Positions 39,318-48,401 of a stretch of 64,000 nucleotides of DNA are shown one piece after another. The position numbers were made by a program, and so were the translations under genes. Below the pieces are notes generated by a model. That model did not search any database, was not told the DNA's origin, and saw nothing but the letters and a program-made list of their open reading frames with translations. Origin of the DNA: Acidobacteriota bacterium (GTDB lineage Bacteria; Acidobacteriota; UBA6911). How positions within the stretch are numbered: position 1 is the first letter of the stretch; the number at the start of each line of letters is the position of its first letter. Where the stretch lies: assembly GCA_963664705.1 (NCBI GenBank), contig OY761556.1:2400001-2464000 (forward strand), written 5' to 3'.

Positions 39318-41216
39318 TCACTGAACCACAGACAAAACCCGATAGGAATGCGGCTTGATCTGCAGCGGGAATTGCAGCCTGTTGCCGCCCCCTTGCCCGA
39401 ACCCAAACCAGGCAGGAGCAGAGTTCTTGGGCGGCGTCTGAGGGGAAAACTCCTCGCCACTGACGATATCCCTCAGCCGGGGAAATTTCGGATCGAGCGA
39501 GATTCTGATATCCACGCTATCGGGAAGGAAGGACTCCACGATAAACGTATTATTGTCATACATGAACAGACTGACATCCCCCGGGCTTTCAATACGGACA
39601 AAGGAGTCCCGCAACAATACATTTCGGATTTGAGTTAGAACAGGAGCAGGAAAACTATACAGGTCGCTGAAGTTTTCCGGAACCGTCAAAACATAGAGCT
39701 GCCCTTTTGAGTATCCAGCCTGGATCAGCAGCGGATAGCCCAGATCATTCTGCGTCATGCCGCTGACCAGTTCCCATGCATCGTTAGTGAGATACTGCAG
39801 TTCCGGTATGATGATGTGGAGATCAGGCGAGACCGCGCTTTGCCCTCTGAAACTCTTTATAATCGCCTTTCTATCTGTCACGCGAATTTCCGCAATATCC
39901 TCGATACCCCTCCCCTGGAGAGCCCGCAGAAGGCCGGAGGTGATGACCACAGACTTCCCATCTACCAATTGTTTTTTGATTTTCACAACGACAGAAGGAT
40001 CCGCCGCCGCACTTTCGGTAAGCAGTACCATCGCGGCTTCGCTTGGGAACTCCGGCACGAGGTCGATTGGAATGCCCACCATGCCGAGGTAGGTCTGAAG
40101 GAAATCCTCGCCGGTGGAATGATAGGGGCGATAGCTTTTGAGACCAACCGGTTTCCCCAGCTTGCCCAGGAAGGTATCCGCCTGTTCAAAGGCAACGCCG
40201 GCCGCGCGGGCGATGGTCGTGGGCTTGATGGAGCTTCCATCCTGCTGTTTGATCGGCTCCATCATCCGGTCAAAATCGAAGCTTGTTTGCTGCCCCTGCC
40301 ACGGTCCACGGTCTGCCGGCCGAAGCTGCCGCTGCAGTTGGGCAAAATCGAACAGTGTAACTTCCGGCGTTTTGGCAAAAAGTGTCAGCCAGAGCTGCTC
40401 TGCATAGCGGTCCAGAAACCGGCTTGCCGCGGTATCGACCCAGCCACCGCCATTCCCGCCGGGCTTTAAATTCTCAAAGTACCGAAAAATGGAGTATCCC
40501 AGGTACTCCTGCAGATGCTGATCGCCGGTTCGATCCCGTGTTTCTGTTCCGGTATAGATCCCATCAAATAGCTTTGGCTCGGTTTCCAGGTTGAAACCAA
40601 GTCCCTGAAAGTGCTCATACCAATTGGGATACTTAATGACCAGCTTTACTTTCGGATTCACAGCCTTGGCCGGCTTGACCACAAGCTCACGGGCTGCTTC
40701 ATCCATCAAGGCCAGCCGAAACTGGGTCCAGCTTCGGGTTCCCTTGGCACGAATACAGGCATCGCATTTGCAGTTCGTAAAGAAGAAATCGTCAAAAATG
40801 ATCTCGTCAAAAAGGCCGGCCGTAAATTCCACTACCTGCTTCAAGTGCTTCCGATGTTCCGGGTTGGTATAACAGAATGTCTCAAAACGGTTCATCTCGT
40901 TCACAGTGGCTGTGATTCCACCTGCCACCGTAACCCCGCGATCCTGAAAAAAGCGTTTCAGCTTGAGAATAGTATCCTTCCCCGCCACCTTCATGTCCCG
41001 GTGAGTTTCCAGATATATCTTGTCTACCTTTACCTGCCGCGCAATCTCATTCCAGCGAGGCTCGAGCCACGAGAGGTCGTCCATGCGAAGCACTTCATAG
41101 ACGCGGGCGTAAACAGACACCTTAAAGTTGTTGTAATGATCTGCAGCACCGGCTGCATAGGGAATCAGTGAGCATGCGAAAACAACCAGCAATCGAAGAG
41201 CAAGAGAACGTTTCAT
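39318..41216 (-). CDS. Secreted hypothetical protein, possibly a glycoside-hydrolase-like TIM barrel
   Basis: Signal peptide, DDFFFTNCKCDAC motif and 632 aa length; the fold call is inference. Confidence 0.55.
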   Translation of the reverse strand: MKRSLALRLLVVFACSLIPYAAGAADHYNNFKVSVYARVYEVLRMDDLSWLEPRWNEIARQVKVDKIYLETHRDMKVAGKDTILKLKRFFQDRGVTVAGGITATVNEMNRFETFCYTNPEHRKHLKQVVEFTAGLFDEIIFDDFFFTNCKCDACIRAKGTRSWTQFRLALMDEAARELVVKPAKAVNPKVKLVIKYPNWYEHFQGLGFNLETEPKLFDGIYTGTETRDRTGDQHLQEYLGYSIFRYFENLKPGGNGGGWVDTAASRFLDRYAEQLWLTLFAKTPEVTLFDFAQLQRQLRPADRGPWQGQQTSFDFDRMMEPIKQQDGSSIKPTTIARAAGVAFEQADTFLGKLGKPVGLKSYRPYHSTGEDFLQTYLGMVGIPIDLVPEFPSEAAMVLLTESAAADPSVVVKIKKQLVDGKSVVITSGLLRALQGRGIEDIAEIRVTDRKAIIKSFRGQSAVSPDLHIIIPELQYLTNDAWELVSGMTQNDLGYPLLIQAGYSKGQLYVLTVPENFSDLYSFPAPVLTQIRNVLLRDSFVRIESPGDVSLFMYDNNTFIVESFLPDSVDIRISLDPKFPRLRDIVSGEEFSPQTPPKNSAPAWFGFGQGGGNRLQFPLQIKPHSYRVLSVVQ

Positions 41217-41288
41217 ACATCAACCTCGATAAAAATGGCTTGTACCGCCATACACCTGCGCACCCGGCACCGGCCATTTTGGTGTAAA

Positions 41289-41813
41289 TTACCAACCCAT
41301 CCGTTTTTTTAGTTCGGTAATGTGCGCCGTGTGATGCCTGCCGTGCCAGGCCATCATCGGCAACAGCGTATCCAGCGTCATCAACCCTCGCTCAGGGTGG
41401 ATAAGCTTCCGGGACCAATCTGCAGGCTGCAGCGATTCAAACATCTGCGTCCAGCGTCCATGGAGACCATCGAGCAGCGCAAGCGAATGCAGGACCGGAG
41501 ATGTGCGCGCATCAGACAATTCGGCCCAGAGGGCCTCATCGAAAGGTTTGATGATCGGCTCATTTTCCGTCAATCCAAGCTTTGTACGCACATACCAGTT
41601 CATATGAGAATCAGCCAAGTGATGAACAACCTGGCGCACAGTCCATCCCTCCGGACGATACACCGTATCCAGTTGGCTGTCGGCAAGGCCCTGCACAGCC
41701 AGGCGCAGCAGATTCGGCAACTCTCCTATCTGCCGCATGCAGAGAATCCGCTCCGCTGGTGTTGTTGTGGAAGCTGCCTGGTATTGTCCAATCGGGTATC
41801 GCAAATCAGACAT
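41289..41813 (-). CDS. YfiT/BstA-family (DinB) putative thiol S-transferase
   Basis: DLRYPIG, YRPEGWTVRQVVHHLADSH and WHGRHH motifs. Confidence 0.9.
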   Translation of the reverse strand: MSDLRYPIGQYQAASTTTPAERILCMRQIGELPNLLRLAVQGLADSQLDTVYRPEGWTVRQVVHHLADSHMNWYVRTKLGLTENEPIIKPFDEALWAELSDARTSPVLHSLALLDGLHGRWTQMFESLQPADWSRKLIHPERGLMTLDTLLPMMAWHGRHHTAHITELKKRMGW

Positions 41814-41848
41814 CGTCTCCTCCATTACTCAACGGAAAACATGGAATT

Positions 41849-43198
41849 CTAGTCCGCCTTCGGTGTTCTCCGCGTTTTCAAATCTTTCGACAGATAACCC
41901 CAGCGCAGTTCCTCTTCCTGCGCATATGTCTTTCCCAGTTTTATGGCAATCGATGCTTTCTGGAGTTCCCTGCCCAGGTAAAAGGCATGGGCTCCATCCA
42001 CCTCTCCCAACTCTCTGAAAATGGAGTCAATCTCAATCCCTTTTACAAACAGCTCTCGATTGAAAACATAAATGAACTCGCGATCAGTGAATATACGAAA
42101 GTGGCGGTCCTTGATGTTCGACTGCATTGAACGCAGTTCATCCTCTCGAAAGCTCTCAAAAGACGGATCCTTAACCGTAAGTAATCCATCGTTCAAGTGC
42201 TTGGGCAGAACGCGGTTCATTTGAGCATAGTGCATCAGACGCCGGGCATGATCCAGCTCACACACTGCTCCGCGCGCCCAATGCCCGACTTCCGTCGTCA
42301 GCACATAATCAATACCCAGTTCTGCAACGATACCCGCGATCAGAGCATTCATTCCGGTTGTGTCGGCATCCGTCAATTCGGTGATATTCCCGGCACCCAG
42401 GAGCATTTCGGATTTCGGATATTTCCGCCGGATGGAAGCAAAGCTTTCAATGGATTCGGTAAAACCGAAACAAACCGGCTTCAAAATCGGGTCAATGATG
42501 TATGGAACGCGCCAGGATTCCAGCTTTGCGATATTGGCCGACAGCGATTCCAGCTCGCTCGCTTCGTCCGGAATAACAACCACCTTGCAGTGCAGATGGC
42601 GCGCGACATCAATATTCCTCGAGTTAACGCTCAAAACAAAATCCACGCCGGCGCGATCGGCACTCAGGATATCGTCCGGATTGAAGGAATCGATGCTGAC
42701 AGCATAGCCTGCCTGCTTCAAAGCCCGCACCGTTATCTCGATTTCGGGGAAAGAGCCGCTGACCGGGCATCCCAGGTCGATAATGTCCGCGCCGCTCGCC
42801 CGGTAATAGCTCGCGCGATTTAGAATCTCCTCCAGGGTCATGCGATGCGCATCCACAATTTCAGCCAGGATCTTCGCATGATATTCGCCGTAGCCCTCCA
42901 GTCTTTGGGAGGCGCCAAAATAGCCTGGGATATCCTTCAGGCTTTTGGGGCCCCGGATGACCTCCGCACCGGTCTTCTGCTCAACCAGAGCCAGATCCCC
43001 CTCGCAGGAACCGGGAATCATGATCCTGTCGCATCCGTTGCTTCCGCTTATATGTTTTGAGATGAAACGGGTATCCATGAGCGCGGCCACCGAAATCGGC
43101 ATGACAGACACATCGTATTCAAGGGCTTGTATCCCCTGCAAACAGTCGCGCAAAGACTGTTCTGCCAGTTTTCCCGTTATAAACAGGTACCGAGGCAT
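41849..43198 (-). CDS. Dihydropteroate-synthase-related protein of H4MPT clusters (Orf20-like)
   Basis: FITGKLA, ISVAALM, AEIVDA, GADIIDLG, GNITELTDAD, HAFYLG.EL and YAQEEEL.WG motifs. Confidence 0.88.
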   Translation of the reverse strand: MPRYLFITGKLAEQSLRDCLQGIQALEYDVSVMPISVAALMDTRFISKHISGSNGCDRIMIPGSCEGDLALVEQKTGAEVIRGPKSLKDIPGYFGASQRLEGYGEYHAKILAEIVDAHRMTLEEILNRASYYRASGADIIDLGCPVSGSFPEIEITVRALKQAGYAVSIDSFNPDDILSADRAGVDFVLSVNSRNIDVARHLHCKVVVIPDEASELESLSANIAKLESWRVPYIIDPILKPVCFGFTESIESFASIRRKYPKSEMLLGAGNITELTDADTTGMNALIAGIVAELGIDYVLTTEVGHWARGAVCELDHARRLMHYAQMNRVLPKHLNDGLLTVKDPSFESFREDELRSMQSNIKDRHFRIFTDREFIYVFNRELFVKGIEIDSIFRELGEVDGAHAFYLGRELQKASIAIKLGKTYAQEEELRWGYLSKDLKTRRTPKAD

Positions 43199-43331
43199 TT
43201 GGCTCCCCCTGCCATATCTAACTAATGTACCCGTTTGGCCATGATTTACATATTGAAAAGGAGGCCTCGTCGGCGTTTTGCTGTGATGGAATGATAGCGA
43301 ATGAGCGGAGGATTGAAGGAATCTCTGTCGG

Positions 43332-44372
43332 CTAGCCTGGCCGTGTTTTGATCATTGTATCCAGTGGGGAGTTACCCAGCAACAATCGGTAATGAATCCG
43401 GCCTTTGCTGTTCTCGAGCCTTTCGACGGTGCCGGTGGCGACTACAGCGTCGCCAATACAGGCCTGTTCGCAGAACCTGCCGCGAAATGAGACGATTTCA
43501 TCAATAGGGATTTCCGGGCCGTCCAGAATCTTGACGCCGGACACCCCATATCTGCAGGGAGTAAATATTGCATCCTGATCGTCAACTATACTGGCTTCAA
43601 TGGTAGCGCGCCCCATGGCCGAATATCGTATTTCTCCATAGTTTTCCTGGATCTCTTGAGGATCTTTGAGAAAACGGATGAAATAGGGGCGCGCACGAAA
43701 GCTGCCTTGACAGATCTTGTTTCTCTCGGATGCCACAAAGTCATCAAACGCCATCTGCGTATCCGGAGTGCGCTGCTCGTATAGCTCCGCAACACCAGCC
43801 GCGTCGAGCCGATTCCATTCCGGATCAGATCCCGACTGCAAAATGGATTGCAGAGCCTGATACACTTTTTGGCTGTTTTGCAGCCCAAAAACGGAGATAT
43901 CCAGGTCAGAGGAATCCCTATGCATGTCGATAAGAATCGATCCCGAAATTCCAATCGCGGAGGACGGAACACCGGATCTTGTCTGAAGTGACTTAATGAA
44001 ATCGGCAGCATCGGTCAAAACCGGATGAGATTGTTGCTCAGAGCATAATTCGACGGCGCGTGTGCGCGGATCATACACTCGCCCAATCAGGGTTCGGGGC
44101 ACGCTCTGCAGAGTGGTCTGAAAAACCGGATCGTGTTTGAGGTAATGCGGAAATTGCGACCGAAGCAGCTGTTCCTGTTCCGGGAAATGATAGAGCCGCC
44201 GATAAGCCATCCCGGATCTTACCCTGCTTCCATGATCCGCGTCCGGCACATAGCGAACGACGCCAATCACACGATCCGGAGGATGTACCAATCCTTTTAC
44301 GGCAAAGAAGAGACCTTCCCGCGTTTCCAGATAAAAGCTCTCAATAATGCCAAGTGCAGCAAGAGCATCCAC
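43332..44372 (-). CDS. Archaeal-type (COG1665-like) nucleotidyltransferase-domain protein
   Basis: F.VKG..HPPDR...RY N-terminus and Pol-beta motif GISGS-x10-DLD; GTG start. Confidence 0.72.
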   Translation of the reverse strand: MDALAALGIIESFYLETREGLFFAVKGLVHPPDRVIGVVRYVPDADHGSRVRSGMAYRRLYHFPEQEQLLRSQFPHYLKHDPVFQTTLQSVPRTLIGRVYDPRTRAVELCSEQQSHPVLTDAADFIKSLQTRSGVPSSAIGISGSILIDMHRDSSDLDISVFGLQNSQKVYQALQSILQSGSDPEWNRLDAAGVAELYEQRTPDTQMAFDDFVASERNKICQGSFRARPYFIRFLKDPQEIQENYGEIRYSAMGRATIEASIVDDQDAIFTPCRYGVSGVKILDGPEIPIDEIVSFRGRFCEQACIGDAVVATGTVERLENSKGRIHYRLLLGNSPLDTMIKTRPG

Positions 44373-44395
44373 AAGGGTGACCCCGGCAAACGCAA

Positions 44396-44453
44396 AAACG
44401 CCACAAATTGCAGGAATTTCAACTATCGGAAATTCATGCGATTCGTGGCGTTT
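44396..44453. repeat. Imperfect 25-bp inverted repeat (intergenic hairpin)
   Basis: AAACGCCACAAATTGCAGGAATTTC / GAAATTCATGCGATTCGTGGCGTTT with an 8-nt loop. Confidence 0.7.
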
Positions 44454-44462
44454 CCGCTCTGC

Positions 44463-46040
44463 TTATCTAATATCCGCTGCCGGCGAACTCACCGAAGGCT
44501 TCTGAATATCGGCAACTTTTGCCTTGCTATAGTCGACGCGCACCCGCTCCACGATCGCGTTGACCGGTTCATCCAGGTATTTTGTAAAATACGTTGGATA
44601 GATTCCAATCCAGAACGACAGGATGATCAGCGGAACGAAGGTGACGATCTCCCTCAGGTTCAGATCCGGCAAAGCCTTATTCAACGGGTTTTCCAGTTTT
44701 CCAAACATCACGCGCTGGTACAACCAAAGCATATACGCGGCTCCCAGCACAATCCCGATCACAGCCAGGGCTGCATAGGGCCAGAGTCCAGGAGCAGCGA
44801 AGGTACCCTGAAGAATAAAGAATTCGCCGATGAATCCATTCAGCCCGGGCATGCCAATCGAGCTGAGAGTCATGATCAGGAAAATCGTGGCATAGACCGG
44901 CATAATATGGCTCAACCCACCGTAATCGGCGATCATACGGGTATGCCGTCTTTCATATACGATACCGACAATCAAGAAGAGCGCTCCGGTCGAAATACCG
45001 TGGTTCAGCATCTGCAGTACTCCGCCCTGCAGGGCAACCGGTGTTGCAGCAAACACGCCGAGCATCACAAAACCGAGGTGACTGACGGAGGAATATGCAA
45101 CCAACGATTTCATATCCTTCTGCATCATGGCTACCAGGCCGCCATAAATGATCCCGATCAGGGAAAGGATCAACATTGGCTTCAGGAAATGCATGGTTGC
45201 CCACGGGAACATCGGAAGGGAGAATCGAACGAATCCGTAGGTCCCCATCTTCAGCAAAACGCCGGCCAGGATCACGGAGCCAGCGGTCGGAGCTTCCACG
45301 TGTGCATCCGGCAACCAGGTGTGAAACGGAAACATCGGAACCTTGATTGCAAACCCCACGAAGAAGGCCAGGAAGACCCACCATTGAAGACCGGTCGGAA
45401 AACCCAGTTTTTGGAAATTAATGATGTCGAACGAATAGATGCCGCTGACATCGTGTTGATAAAAATAAATCGCCAGGATTCCAACCAGCATCAACACAGA
45501 ACCAGCCAGCGTATACAGGAAGAACTTGATGGCGGCATAGAGTTTTCGCGGACCGCCCCATACTCCGATCAGGAAGTACATGGGGACCAGCATCACTTCC
45601 CAGAACACATAAAAGACCAGGAAGTCCAGGGACATGAAAACACCCAGCATGCCGGTCTGCAGCAGGAGCATAAAGGCATAATATTCTTTCACTCTGTCCT
45701 TGATAGCGGTCCATGATGAAAGAATGGCAATGAACCCCAGAAGCGTTGTCAACATGATGAGCAGCATGCTGATGCCATCAATCCCGATTTTATAATTCGC
45801 TCCGATCAACGGGATCCATGAGTGCTCATAGTTGAACCTGAATCCATTGGATCCGATATACCGCGGATTGTTGAACAAAGTCAGGAGCGGGATGGAAATG
45901 AGAAAACCGATGAAAGCGGTGATGTTTGCGACCCATCTGATCGCATTCCCATTATCCCGCTTGATGAACATAATCAGAATCATCCCGACCAGCGGAAGAT
46001 AGCAGACAATGTTCAAAATGTTGTTCATGAAGAAGTCCAT
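44463..46040 (-). CDS. nuoM: NADH-quinone oxidoreductase subunit M (antiporter-like)
   Basis: GIDGIS, FWEVMLVPMY, IKVPMFPFHTWLPDAH, LKMG and AYSSVSHLG motifs. Confidence 0.95.
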   Translation of the reverse strand: MDFFMNNILNIVCYLPLVGMILIMFIKRDNGNAIRWVANITAFIGFLISIPLLTLFNNPRYIGSNGFRFNYEHSWIPLIGANYKIGIDGISMLLIMLTTLLGFIAILSSWTAIKDRVKEYYAFMLLLQTGMLGVFMSLDFLVFYVFWEVMLVPMYFLIGVWGGPRKLYAAIKFFLYTLAGSVLMLVGILAIYFYQHDVSGIYSFDIINFQKLGFPTGLQWWVFLAFFVGFAIKVPMFPFHTWLPDAHVEAPTAGSVILAGVLLKMGTYGFVRFSLPMFPWATMHFLKPMLILSLIGIIYGGLVAMMQKDMKSLVAYSSVSHLGFVMLGVFAATPVALQGGVLQMLNHGISTGALFLIVGIVYERRHTRMIADYGGLSHIMPVYATIFLIMTLSSIGMPGLNGFIGEFFILQGTFAAPGLWPYAALAVIGIVLGAAYMLWLYQRVMFGKLENPLNKALPDLNLREIVTFVPLIILSFWIGIYPTYFTKYLDEPVNAIVERVRVDYSKAKVADIQKPSVSSPAADIR

Positions 46041-46109
46041 TGCGTTCCAATTCCCTTTCGATTCGAGATCAGAGAAGAAAACCCAAATCCAAAATCTCGT
46101 TCGTCGAAC

Positions 46110-48194
46110 CTAGTAAAAGGTCACCCATTGTTTCCAGAAGCCGGGGTTTAACAAACCGTTATGGTAAATCAGGACGAAAACTACAATACCCAGAACGGCT
46201 ACAAGCACATAGCGCTGCACCAGCCCCGTCTGAAACGATGTAACAATGCGATTTAAACCCATATTTATCCAGCCAATCAGATTCACCAAACCGTCGACAA
46301 CGTATTTGTCAAAAAGCCTGGAGAGGCTGGAAGCGCCGCGCGTGGTTGCGGCCGTTCCGTTCACCGCGCCGTCTACGAATTTCGAGTCCACCCAGAAAAA
46401 TGCTCTTCCCAGGTCTTTGGCACGGTTAACGAACAAAGCATCATAAAGCTCATCCACGTAATACTTGTGGAATACCAGATTGTAGAATCCTTTGATTCTT
46501 TCTGTGACCCGATCCGCCAATCCCGGCTTGGAAATATAGAACCGGTAGGCCAGGGAAATTCCCGTAACAGCAATAGCCACCGAAAGCAGGGTAAACAGCA
46601 ATTCCTGGCTTGCGTGATGAGCCACCGGCTCAGCGTTTTCGGGGAGCCGAAGTACCGGTTCAAGAAAATGTTCAAACCGATTTGAGAGTCCGGTCCATCC
46701 CGGGAAACCGACCAGGCCGCCTATGGTGGAGAGCACGGCAAGCGCAGCCAGCGGATATACGACGCGCTTCGGAGATTCATGGAGGTGATGTTTCGTGTGC
46801 TCATCCATTCTCTCCTCTCCCCAGAACGTCAGGAAAAGGAGCCGGAACATATAGAAGGCCGTCATCCCGGCGCCGCACCAAAGCAGGAACCAGATGACCG
46901 GATGGCCATTGCTCCATGCCTTCCAGAGTATCTCGTCTTTGCTGAAGAATCCTGCAAAAGGAGGAATGCCGGCGATGGCAATAGTGCCGACAAACATGGT
47001 CCGGTAGGTCCATGGCAGGTGCTTTCTAAGCCCGCCCATCTTCATCATATCCTGCTCATGATGCATGGCCATAATTACGGATCCGGATCCAAGGAAGAGG
47101 AGCGCCTTGAAAAATGCATGGGTCATCAGATGGAACACGCCGCCCACGAAAGCGCCCACACCCAAAGCCGCAAACATATATCCAAGCTGGCTAACGGTGG
47201 AGTAGGCGAGCACGCGCTTGATATCCGTCTGGGTAAATCCGATCGTGGCCGCGAAGATGGCCGTCAGCGAACCGACAACAGCAACAATCACCAGGGTTTC
47301 CGGAGCACGGCTGTAAAGCGCATTGCTGCGGCAGACCATGTAGACACCGGCAGTCACCATCGTGGCGGCATGGATGAGAGCAGAAACAGGAGTCGGCCCT
47401 TCCATCGCATCCGGCAACCACACATACAATGGTATCTGCGCGCTTTTTCCGCAGGCACCAACAAAGAAACAGAGGGTCGCCCAAAAGAGGAATGTGTGCC
47501 CGGTTTGGACCGGGAGTTCTGCCGCCCTGCTGAAGACCTCTTCAAACCGAAGCGAGCCGAAATGGACAAAGACGAGCATCATACCCAGGATAAAGCCGGC
47601 ATCGCCGATCCTGTTTACAACGAATGCTTTCTTCCCTGCATCGCCGGCACTCTTTTTGTCGAAATAAAAGCCGATCAGCAGATACGAACATAGACCTACG
47701 CCCTCCCACCCGACAAACATCATCACATAGTTGTTTGCGAGTATCAGGGTCAACATCGCAAACATGAACAGATTCAAATAGGCAAAGAAACGATAGTATC
47801 CGCTATCGTCCCACATATATCCCGTGGAATAGATGTGGATCAGAAAGCCTACTCCTGTAACGACGAGCACCATGATTGAGGACAGTGCATCAAGCTGAAA
47901 TCCCCAGGGCACCTCGAAGTTGGCCATGCCGCCATTGGCTAGCGGGAGAGCTCCGCCGCGAAACCACGTACACAGGTCTCTGGTAAAGAGCTCTTTGTGT
48001 TCAACGCCGAAGAGCTGGTACACAAGCAGAAGGCTCAGGATAAAGGCCAGACCAACGGAAGCCAGGGCAATGAACGACACAATCCTTTTGTCGAGCTTAT
48101 TGCCGCCGCTCCGCACTTTGGCAAGCCCCAGAAGACCTATCAGAGCACTGCCGGTAAACGGTAAAATCGGTATCAACCAGATATAGTTCAACAT
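46110..48194 (-). CDS. nuoL: NADH-quinone oxidoreductase subunit L (antiporter-like)
   Basis: GWEGVG, KSAQIPL..WLPDAMEGPTPVSALIHAATMV, THAFFKA and a C-terminal lateral helix region. Confidence 0.95.
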   Translation of the reverse strand: MLNYIWLIPILPFTGSALIGLLGLAKVRSGGNKLDKRIVSFIALASVGLAFILSLLLVYQLFGVEHKELFTRDLCTWFRGGALPLANGGMANFEVPWGFQLDALSSIMVLVVTGVGFLIHIYSTGYMWDDSGYYRFFAYLNLFMFAMLTLILANNYVMMFVGWEGVGLCSYLLIGFYFDKKSAGDAGKKAFVVNRIGDAGFILGMMLVFVHFGSLRFEEVFSRAAELPVQTGHTFLFWATLCFFVGACGKSAQIPLYVWLPDAMEGPTPVSALIHAATMVTAGVYMVCRSNALYSRAPETLVIVAVVGSLTAIFAATIGFTQTDIKRVLAYSTVSQLGYMFAALGVGAFVGGVFHLMTHAFFKALLFLGSGSVIMAMHHEQDMMKMGGLRKHLPWTYRTMFVGTIAIAGIPPFAGFFSKDEILWKAWSNGHPVIWFLLWCGAGMTAFYMFRLLFLTFWGEERMDEHTKHHLHESPKRVVYPLAALAVLSTIGGLVGFPGWTGLSNRFEHFLEPVLRLPENAEPVAHHASQELLFTLLSVAIAVTGISLAYRFYISKPGLADRVTERIKGFYNLVFHKYYVDELYDALFVNRAKDLGRAFFWVDSKFVDGAVNGTAATTRGASSLSRLFDKYVVDGLVNLIGWINMGLNRIVTSFQTGLVQRYVLVAVLGIVVFVLIYHNGLLNPGFWKQWVTFY

Positions 48195-48401
48195 AGCGTA
48201 TGTCTTGGTGAATTTGCGAGCTCTGCTATTACCCGAACCTCAGCCCCTATTGCTGTGGATAGATTCCGGCAGGTCTCTTAACAAACCGTATATAGTAACA
48301 CTCGAATCAGCAACTAGTAACACAGGAAACAAGAATAAGTCAATTGCTCAATCCTGGGGATAAACTCCTGGCGAGGCAAATGAGGAAGGCATTAAAAAGC
48401 C

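Noticed and set aside
21852-43198. Methanogenesis or archaeal contamination
   Set aside because: No mcr, mtr or mer; Mtd is the bacterial NAD(P)-dependent type, gene order is bacterial, and the flanks are bacterial housekeeping genes.
44133-45716. 527-aa antisense ORF over nuoM
   Set aside because: Typical shadow ORF opposite a hydrophobic membrane protein gene; no motifs.
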